DNA from: Felis catus
Lineage: Eukaryota
Assembly (NCBI RefSeq): GCF_018350175.1
Contig: NC_058373.1
Coordinates: 115,756,001 to 115,820,000 of the forward strand
DNA: 64,000 nt
Direction of reading: 5' to 3'
The notes under the pieces are model-generated. The model was not told where the DNA came from, searched no databases, and was given only the letters and a program-made list of their open reading frames with translations. A program made the translations under genes and the position numbers. How positions within the stretch are numbered: position 1 is the first letter of the stretch; each line of letters begins with the position of its first letter. Below are positions 54,883 through 64,000 of this stretch, in pieces.

Positions 54883-55935
54883 AGTTCCATCTTCTTAAGA
54901 GTTGTCTGGCTTTAAGCAAGTAACCTAACATTTCCTAACTATGATTCTCCATCCAAAAAAAGGCATGGTAATAGATCTTTAAAATGTTGTGGAAAGGATT
55001 AAATGAGATGAAACTTTAAATATCACTTCTCACCTTCAAACTCAGATTCATTCCACCCTCACTTCCAAGCCTCCTTAACATGTTGATTGATTGAATGAAT
55101 AAAATGATCATAATAAAAAGCAGAATATAATAAGTGAAAAAAGTATAAGTGAGATTGAAATATCAAGAGAGAAGAGAGAAAATAGAAATGGGAAAAGAAA
55201 ATCACCAGTGGAGAAATATGCAACAAATGAACAAACAAAAGAGAAATAGACTGGTAGATAAAGGGGGAAAAAAAAAACTATGGATTACTCAAGTGGGGAG
55301 GGATTGGAGGGTGAGCAAAATAGGTGAAGGGGATAAAGAGGTACAAAATTCCAGTTATAAAATAAGTCTTGGGGATATAATGTACAGTAAAGGGAAGATA
55401 GCCAAAATTCTAGTAACTTTGTATAGTGACAGATGGTTAACTAGATTTATGGGAATCATTTCATAATGTAAATAAATAAAGATGTACTATGATGTACACC
55501 TGAAACTAAAAGGATATTGTATGTCAGTCATGCTTTACTTAAAAACTAATTAGTTAATTTGGAAGAAAAAAAACAAAGCTTCAAAGCTTCTTCTAGACTA
55601 CGGAAGGGGAGATCACTACCCTGTACCTGGAAGATTGCCCTTCTCACATGAGCACACAACTTCAAAAGGAACACATAGGGCACTAAAAGAAAACAGGTCA
55701 CCAAATAAATTTACGAAATGCTGGTAATAAGTGGGAGTGACAGATTAGGCATGTAAATTGCCTTTATACCTTAATGTAAATATAGTTCTCTTAAAGTTTA
55801 TTTTGAGAGAGAGCAAGAATCCCAAGCAGGTTCTGCACTGTCAGTGCAGAGACGGATGAGGGGCTTGAACCCACGAAATCATGAGATCATGACCAAGAGT
55901 TGGATGCTTAACTGACTGAGCCACCCAGGCACCCC

Positions 55936-58507
55936 ATGTGTCTCTCACTTTAAATCAAAAGCTAGGAAATTAAGCTTAGCAAGGAAGGCATGTGGAAAGC
56001 TGAGACAGGCCAAAAGCTAGATCTGTTGTGCCCGTTATCCAAGTTGTGAATTCAAAGAAAAAGTTCTTGAAGGAAATGAAAAAGTGGTGTGAATGTAAGA
56101 AAGTGATACAGCCTTATTGCTAATATGGAGAAAGGTTAGTGGTCTGGATAGAAGATCAAACCAGCCACAACATTATCTTAAGCCAAAGCCTAATCCAGAC
56201 CAAGGCCCTAACTCTCCAATTCTATGAAGGCTGAGAGAGGTGAAGAAGTTTCAGAAAAGCTTGAAGCTAGCAGAAGTGGGTTCATGAGGTTTAAGGAAAG
56301 AAGCCATCTCCATAATAAAAGTGCAAGGTGAAGCAGCAAGTTCTGTTGTAGAAGTTGCAAGTTTTCCAGAAGACCTAACTAAGATAATTAATGAAGGTGG
56401 CTACACTAAACAATAGATTTTCAATGTGGATGAAACATCTATTGGAAGAAGATGTCATCTGGGACTTTTATAGCTAGAGAGAAGTCAGTGCCTGGCTACA
56501 AAGCTTCAAAGGCCAGCCTGACTTTCTTGTTAGAGGCTAATGCAGCTGGTGACTTTCAGTTGAAGCCAGTGCTCACTGACCTTTTCAAAAGTCCTAGGGC
56601 CTTTAAGAATTAGGCTAAATCTACTCTGCCTGTACTTTATAAATAAAACAAAGCCTGGATGATGGCACGTCTGTTTACAACATGGTTTACTGAATATTTT
56701 AAGCCTACTGTTGGGAGCAACTGCTCAAGAAAAAGGATTCCTATCAAAATAGTACAGCTCATTGATAATATACCCAAGTGCTCTGATGAAGATGTACAGT
56801 GAGATTAATGTTGGTTTCATGCCTGCTAACACAAGGTACAGCACATGGGTCAAGAAGTAATTTCAACTTTCAAGTCTTATTATTTAAGAAATAGATTTCA
56901 TAAGGCTATAGTTGCCCAGATAGGAATTCCTCTGATGGATCTGGGCAAAATAAATTTAAGAACTTTCAGAAAAGATTCACCATTCTAGATGGCAGTGAGA
57001 ACATTTGCAATTCATGGGAAGAGGTCAAAATATCATTAACCAGATGTTGGAAGTTAATTCCAACCTTCATGGATGACTTCGAGGGGTTCGAGACTTCAGT
57101 GGAAGAAGTAACTGCAGATGTGGTAGAAATAGCAAGAGACCTAGAATTAGAAGTGGAGCCTGAAGATAGGACTGAATTGCTGCGATCTCAGCATAAAACT
57201 TTAACTGAGGAGGAATTGCTTCTTATGACTGAGCAAAGAAAGTGGTTTCTGGAGATGGCATCTACTCCTGGTGAAGATGCTGTGAAGATTGTTGAAATTA
57301 CAGCAAAGTATTTAGAATCTTATTACATAAACTTAGTTGATCAGCAGGATTTGAGAGGATGACTCCACTTTAGAAAGAAGTTCTGTGGTCTCTACAGTGA
57401 TTCTACTGTGCTATCAAATGACTACAGGAAATTGTTTGTTAAAGGAAGAGCTCATTGATGCAGCAAACTTCATTGTTGTCTTCCCTGTTTGAGGAAAGCA
57501 TCCTAAGACCTTGTTTGGAAAATAAGAACTATTGAAAAATGCACTAGCCAACCAATCTGCCTCTATAGACTGTTTCCAGCCTGCTGTTCTACTCTAGTGT
57601 AGACCCCGATCTCGAGCTGCAGCCTCCAACTAGCTTTCCAACTTCCCGCCCAGCCATCCTTGCTTACTGCAGACTGTTGCGAGCCAGTTCTTTCATCTAT
57701 CATATTGCTACTATTTCTCCTGACTAATGGGGATTTTGTACAAGTCACTGGTTTTTGTACACTGCCTCCTTAGTTTGTCTAAAGTCTGAAATCAAGGAGA
57801 GATTCTCATCAGCAACCAAGAACCTCTCCCTTTAGTTCTGAGCAGGTTTTTCCTCCAATTGCAACCCAAAGTTTTACATGTCTTCCTGTCCCTATTGTTT
57901 ATTTATATTTGTGCCACTAAATGTTTAAATGTTGTACAGACAGAATTTACCACCCGATAGATTCTCTAATTTTTTAATACATTCTATATATAGCCTAAGA
58001 GCTATTTGTTTACTTTTTACATTTCAAAAATCTTGACATAAAACCAGCATATATTTAGGCTCAATATTAATAGTGAAATTGAAATATGCATAATAAAACA
58101 TGAAAACTATAAGATAAATTCATTGTTGTCTTGTTTTAAGAAATTGCCACAGCCACCCCAACCTCTAGCAGCCACCTCCCTGATCAGTCAGCAGCCATCA
58201 ACATCAAGGCAAGACCCTCTGCCAGCAAAAAAGATTAGAACTCACTGAAACCTCAGATGATCGTTAGTACTTTTTAGCAATAAAGTGCTTTTTTTTTCTT
58301 GGTAATAAAGTATTTTTAAGTTAAGGTATGTACATTGTTTTCTTTTAGACATAATGCTATTGCACATTAAGACTACACTGTAATGTAAATATAACTTAAG
58401 TGCACTGGGAAACAAAAAAAATTATTTTTGCAATAATTAATTTTTTTCAATATTCACTTTATTGCAGTGGTCTGAAACCAAGCCCGTAGCATCTCTAAAG
58501 GTGTGCT
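55936..58507 (+). mobile_element. Tigger1 (pogo/Tc1-mariner DNA transposon), 5' end missing, transposase decayed, interrupted at 57483-58118
   Basis: Transposase blocks (ctctcactttaaatcaaaagctag, ttttcaatgtggatgaaaca = [42 protein letters not shown]) and 3' end cactttattgcagtggtctgaaacc..atctct. Confidence 0.93.
57483..58118 (+). pseudogene. 5'-truncated retrocopy of an unidentified mRNA 3'UTR inside Tigger1
   Basis: Non-Tigger insert flanked by TSD ttcattgttgtctt (57469-57482 and 58119-58132), with AATAAA at 58092 about 20 nt before a degraded A-rich end. Confidence 0.7.
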
Positions 58508-58827
58508 ACCCAGGGCTCACAGGTAGCTAATGGTGGTTCTTCAGGTGGGATAGCATTGCTGGTAATGAAATCACCAAGACAAGGTGGAGGTTGGAGCCAG
58601 AGCTGTGTTTTGCTGCTAGAGAAATGCTGACAGAGATTACAAACAGGAAAGAAGTCTCTTTTCCCAGATTGCAAACTCTTGCCAATGTTTCCAAGTTGGC
58701 AAAACCTAGCCAGAAGGTAGCTGTCAAGGGAATATGGGAAATGTAGTTTGTAGAGAGTCCCAGCATCAGCATTAAAGAGTACTAGAGAAGGGTAGACCTG
58801 CTGCTGTGATACAAATGAATAAGTAGC

Positions 58828-58829
<2 letters not shown>

Positions 58830-58864
<35 letters not shown>
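58830..58864. repeat. (AC)n microsatellite
   Basis: About 17 AC units, seen directly. Confidence 0.95.
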
Positions 58865-58866
<2 letters not shown>

Positions 58867-58912
58867 AAACACACTTTTTTAAAAAAAGTGTCACATTACA
58901 AATAGGTGAACT

Positions 58913-59135
58913 GGGGCGCCTGGGTGGCTCAGTCGGTTGAGCATCCGACTTCAGCTCAGGTCATGATCTCACCACTTGTGGGTTACAGCCCCACGTCGGG
59001 CTCTGTGCTGACAGCTCAGAGCCTGGAGCCTGCTTCCAATTCTGTGTCCCACTCTCTCTCTGCCCCTCCCTCGCTCATGCTCTGTCTCTCTCTCTCTCAA
59101 GAATAAATAAAACATTAAAAATTAATTAATTAATT
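58913..59135 (+). mobile_element. Can-SINE
   Basis: Consensus head, CT tract and (ATTA)n tail; flanked by taggtgaac repeats. Confidence 0.9.
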
Positions 59136-59559
59136 AATTAGGTGAACCAAATAATATTAGCACACCTCTTTCTCTATGGATTCTTTCTAGTGGAAAAAAC
59201 AAAATGATCACTAGGTATATCACAAATTGGTACCAATTTTATTAATTTGGGAAGTACCCCAACCCCCCAATATTAGTGCTTCTCATGAAACTGTGTCAGA
59301 AAATACAGCTTATATATGAGGCTAGTGTGCAATATACACTTTAGTAGCCTGCAGGTTTTCCTGAAGAGGTATGGCTAATGCTGTTGCTGCATCAATGGGG
59401 ACTTCCACCTGCCTCTGGGAGGATGCACAGAGAGGGTTAGAGAACAGCTAGGGAGCCTTGGCATACAATGAATTGGCCTATAAAGTTGATTCTAAGAGGG
59501 TCAAACCCTGACCCATCAGATAAACTGTTACGTTCATTAAGCAGGTGGTTGTGGGGTTG

Positions 59560-61430
59560 ATTTGTTTAACGGTGTAATTAGGCTGTCTGATTCACATACT
59601 ATCCATAGTATAGTATAGTTCATATTGCAGATGTTTCATAAGATTTTAATTTCTACTTATAGGTATTTTGGTTATTTAAAATTTTATTCCTACAACAAGC
59701 AATTCTAAGTGAAAATTTAGAATCAGTGTGAGTGTCAGGAGAATAAAATTCTAGAAGGGGATCTTCTGGGTCAGAGGGTAGGTATATACTAATTTGTGGA
59801 AAATATTACCAAATTTTACTTCAAAGATCTTGTGCAGTTATCCCTCTATGAACATTATATGAGGATGCTGTTTTCCATACTGGAATTATCATCACATCTC
59901 AGATCCTTGCCAAAATGCTAAGTGGAAAATAATATTTTAATTTGAAATTTTCACTTATGAATGCTGTTGAGATTATTTTAAACGTTTTTATGGCTCTTTA
60001 TTTTTTATCCTTTTTTGTTTCTCTGAAAAATCTTGCCCTTTGTCCATTTTTCTGTTGGAATGTTTTTCTTTTTTCATATAGGAAATCTCGGTCTTACAGA
60101 GAAGTTACAAGAAGATGACATAGAACTCCCAGATACCTTTTACCCATTTCTCCAGTTTCTTATAATTGACCTCTCTTCACTTTATTCTCTCTCTTGCTCA
60201 CTCTCGTGCATGTGCTTTCTTAGTATGTGAATATATATATACACAAATATACATATGTACACATACATGTACATATTCATGTACATACATATGTATCCTA
60301 GACATAGAAAGAAAGAAGATAGTGGGAGAAAAGAAAGGAAAGCAAGGAAAAAGACAGATGGATAGGGACATATATACATGAAAAGGCATTCTAGTATATA
60401 AGTTACAATATAGTTATCAAAATCAAGATTTTTAATATTGATACAATACTATTATCTATTTTGTAGATGTTCATCAACTGTTCCATAAATGCCCTTTACA
60501 TCTTTTTTTTTTCCCCTGCCCAAAGTCCAAGGATCACACACTCCATTCAGTTGGCATGTCTCTTTAATCTCCTTTAACCTGGAATAGTTCCTTAGTCTTT
60601 CATTGTCTGTCATGACGAGAATACAGAACAATCATTTTGTAGAGAGCCCATCGATTGTTGTTTAGGTACTGCTTTATTTTTAGAAGCAGTACCACAAAAG
60701 TAATGTTATGTCCATCTCAGTCCACGTTATCAGTAGGCACAAGATGTTGGTCCCATTATTGGTTAACTTTGAACACTTAATTACAGTGTTGTCCACTAGA
60801 TGGCTCCACTGAAAAGTGACTATATTTCCTTTTACAATGAATAGGAAGTTTATGGAGAATTACTTTAAGTAATTATTCTTTTTTTCATCAAATTTTCACC
60901 CAGTTATTTTAGCATTCAATGATTACCCTCCATTGAAGCAGTTGTTAACTGGGAAGATTGTCAAATGATGACTTTTTTATCCATAATTCCACCTACATCT
61001 ATTATTTGGCATTCTACTATAAGAAACAACTTTCCCCTTTCCCTTATTTCATTTATTTATTATCATCAGCATGGACTCATGAATTTCTGTATAATTGAAT
61101 GGCTTATAATCCATTACTCTTATTTATTTTAAAACTAAATTGTCTTAGATTTGACCCATGGGAGCACCTTTAAACTGGCATCTTTGTCCTTTCAACATAT
61201 CTCCATCATTCTTTGAGCATTTCATTACTTTTTGGCACACAGTGTTTTAGGCTCATCTTGTATTTCACCTGCTCCAGTCCTGGAATTATCATTTTCTCAA
61301 AGGATCTCTGTTTCCTTTGAGCATACAATGGTATTTATAAAACAAGATCTGGGGACTAAGTCTGCTCATTATTACTGGGGCATACTTGCTTCTAGTCCCT
61401 CTCAGAAGACTGAATTAGATAATACATTTG
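59560..61430 (-). mobile_element. Ancient L1 (L1MC/ME-type) 3' fragments
   Basis: T-rich; motifs ttctgggtcagagggta, caaggatcacac..cattcagttg..tgtctctttaatctcctttaa, and catggactcatg. Confidence 0.55.
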
Positions 61431-61458
61431 TCTCTATTGAAATTACTATATCCTTATC

Positions 61459-62812
61459 TATTGGGAGACAATTCTCCATGTATCTCTTATATTTGTATAC
61501 ATCTTACATGCAGATGACAGATATTATTCCAGATTATCTTTTCAAAGATCTTTGTATAGTGGACCAGTTTGGAAGGTAAAAGGTCATTCTTCAGGAGCGC
61601 CTGGGTGACTCAGTCGTTTGATCATCCGACTCTTGATTTCGGCCTCGGTCATAATCCCAGGGTCGTGAGATCGAGCCCTATGTCGTCCTCCATGCTGAGC
61701 GTGGAGCCTGCTGAAGAATCTGTCTTTCCCTCTGCCACTCTCCCTCAATCTGTCTAAAATAAAATTTTTTAAAAAATGTCACCCTTCAGCGCAGAAGGCA
61801 GGTTTGCTTACTGCCTATTATAATAAAGATAATGTCTCCCTCCAGAGCAGAAATCGGGCAGATTTGCACGCAGCCTATCATAAAAGACGTTTCCTAAAGC
61901 TCAGAGTTCCTTAGCTCTAATGTAAAATCATTATATGTGCAGTATCCTCAGGAGCCCTCTGCATTGCCCCCATGAGACTTTGGAATAAGTTAAACTGACA
62001 AGAGCATGAAATTCCTGCTCCTTGCTGTGCCATGAGAAAGAAAGTCCTTTGTCTCTGAACCGGGCATCTCATTATCTTCTGCTACCATCCATGATATTTG
62101 TAGAGGCCGCTTTTAGGCAACAAGCTTGAGCAATAGAAACCTGAGTAGGGTAAAAGGGCCCATGGTGACCACCAAGCAGAATGCAAACAGGCTCACTAAG
62201 TGGTCCACCTCGAAGTAGCCATAGACTCTAACTGACCAACCAGGCACAGTTCCTAAGGTTACCAAAAGGAAAATTCCATACGTTCCCATACCTCCTCACT
62301 CTGCCCTATAATTGAGGTCCTTCACCATCACTTCTCACAGACCGTCTCTCCTTTGCTATCCTGCCTGCTGCTCCCTTGTGGTATATTCAGTAAACTTCTG
62401 TCTCTTGTCCTGCCTTGGGTGAATTCTTTCACCACCCATGCTGCTGGACCCTACCCAATTGGGACACCCCATATTCAGTGGCCCCCAATCTGATCAGAGT
62501 GCCCCACAAAACTGTGGCAGGCTAACTTGTTACCTTGAAGATAGGGTAAAATCTTTTTTTTTTTTTTAATTTTTTTTTTCAACGTTTATTTAATTTTGGG
62601 ACAGAGAGAGACAGAGCATGAACGGGGGAGGGGCAGAGAGAGAGGGAGACACAGAATCGGAAACAGGCTCCAGGCTCTGAGCCATCAGCCCAGAGCCCGA
62701 CGCGGGGCTCGAACTCCGGACCGCGAGATCGTGACCTGGCTGAAGTCGGACGCTTAACCGACTGCGCCACCCAGGCGCCCCTAAAATCTTAGACCTATCA
62801 CATTTCTTGACA
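61459..62812 (+). mobile_element. ERVL LTR (LTR40-like) interrupted by a SINE (61593-61775), a second LTR (about 62099-62507) and a young SINEC_Fc (62554-62781), followed by a PBS-like sequence
   Basis: Starts ttgggagacaattctccatg and ends ggcaggctaacttgtt..tagggtaaaatct..ttcttgaca. The next sequence, tggtgactaagatgggac (62818-62835), resembles a tRNA-Leu primer-binding site. Confidence 0.65.
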
Positions 62813-63409
62813 GTTTTTGGTGACTAAGATGGGACGCTAACAGAAACATGCTTTTCTGGAACAACAAGAACAAAGTCCTCCACAGGCCAGAGTAGAGGAT
62901 TAAAGAGGACTCCCCAGGATCCACTAGCGAATGCTCTTGATCAAGTGGTGGACAGGAAGGGACTAAGGTTTCCTCTCTGCCCTATCTTCAATAGATGCTT
63001 AGAGGCTGAGCAGCGAGTTAGGATTAAAACAAGTCAATCAAATGCTCCTTTGATTGTTGTTCATTCTCCTCCAAAGTGGGATGGGAAAGGGTTGTCATTA
63101 TGACAATAGAGGCAGAAATCCCTGCAGCCCTAGCCAAAATGCAACGTGGCTGTAGCTGCTGAGTCAAAGCCTCCTCAAAGCAGTAACAAATCATGTCCAC
63201 AATAAAGAGGTAGAAATTGAGTGGACCAAAAACATTAGAAGCTAATTTAATTGAGCCTTAAGTAGAGTGGGTCAGGGTTTAGTGCAGGCGCCTCTATCCT
63301 CTGTTATACCCTTGAAAGAGGATTTCAACTACCTCCATTTTGACCTCAAACTTTCTAATTGATCAAGTTCTTCTTTCTGGCTTATCTCTTAACTCAGGCA
63401 AAAGACCCT

Positions 63410-64000
63410 GTGAGCCAAGCATCCCCTGAAGGGAACTGATACTACCCCTTCAAGCAGTAAGGGCTGCACTGAACCAGCAAGACCCCACCCATGACAATGA
63501 AGACCTGACCTTTACTGCCCACCTGCAAGTACCTACTTACCTTTGTCCCACATTTTCCTGGTATAAACCTAGAAGTATTTTTGGCACTTTGGAGAAAGTC
63601 TTTGAGATGTTAGTCTGCTGTCTTTGTCTTCCAGTGTTGGGCTCACTGAAATAAATTCCTTTCTTATTTCATCTCCACTCATCTCTCTGCATTTTTAAAA
63701 TAAGTATTTATTTTGAAAGAGAGCGTGAGAGAGCGTGTGCTCATGGGAGCAGAAGAGGGGCAGAGAGCAACAGGGAGAGAAAGAATCCCAAGCAGGGTCC
63801 ATGCTGTCAGTGTGGAGCCCAACTTGGGACTCAATCTCATGAACCATGAAATCATGGCCTGAGTCGAAATCAAGAGTCTGAGGCTTAACTATCTGAGCCG
63901 CCCAGGTGCCGCATCTCTCTGCATTTGGGTTTTGTCAGTGGTTAGTGGCTGAACCTGGTCTGTTTGGGACCCCCTGAAACCAGGTGTTCTTGCACCCCTG
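63410..64000 (+). mobile_element. LTR-like element with a nested minus-strand SINE (63695-63910)
   Basis: TG start, TATAAA near 63562 and AATAAA near 63650; SINE TSD catctctctgcattt on both sides. Confidence 0.5.

Noticed and set aside
57069..57362. 97-aa acidic ORF as a domesticated TIGD-like gene
   Set aside because: The surrounding Tigger1 transposase has multiple stops and frameshifts; this is a decayed fragment.

Overview
Mammalian genomic DNA from a felid, judged by the many Can-SINE/SINEC_Fc and young felid-type L1 copies (most likely domestic cat). The window holds the complete minus-strand SYNJ2BP gene (OMP25/ARIP2; 4 coding exons, 145 aa PDZ protein with a C-terminal membrane anchor, CpG-island promoter near 53.2 kb). 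Downstream on the same strand lie the promoter and first coding exon of COX16, so this is the SYNJ2BP-COX16 read-through locus. Between the two genes are a near full-length MSMO1 processed pseudogene and a young 5'-truncated L1, inserted head-to-head at one palindromic TTTTT/AAAAA site. The rest is mostly SINEs, L1/L2/MIR, LTRs and a Tigger1 carrying an unidentified 3'UTR-like retrocopy. Most notable observations: a decayed tandem copy of SYNJ2BP exon 3; a stop codon overlapping an intronic poly(A) signal that would give a soluble PDZ-only isoform; an in-frame intronic ATG before exon 2; the double retrotransposition site; and a possible divergent spliced lncRNA from the COX16 promoter. I found no evidence of a wholly new biological system. 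Gene and repeat names come from recalled sequences, not from database searches.
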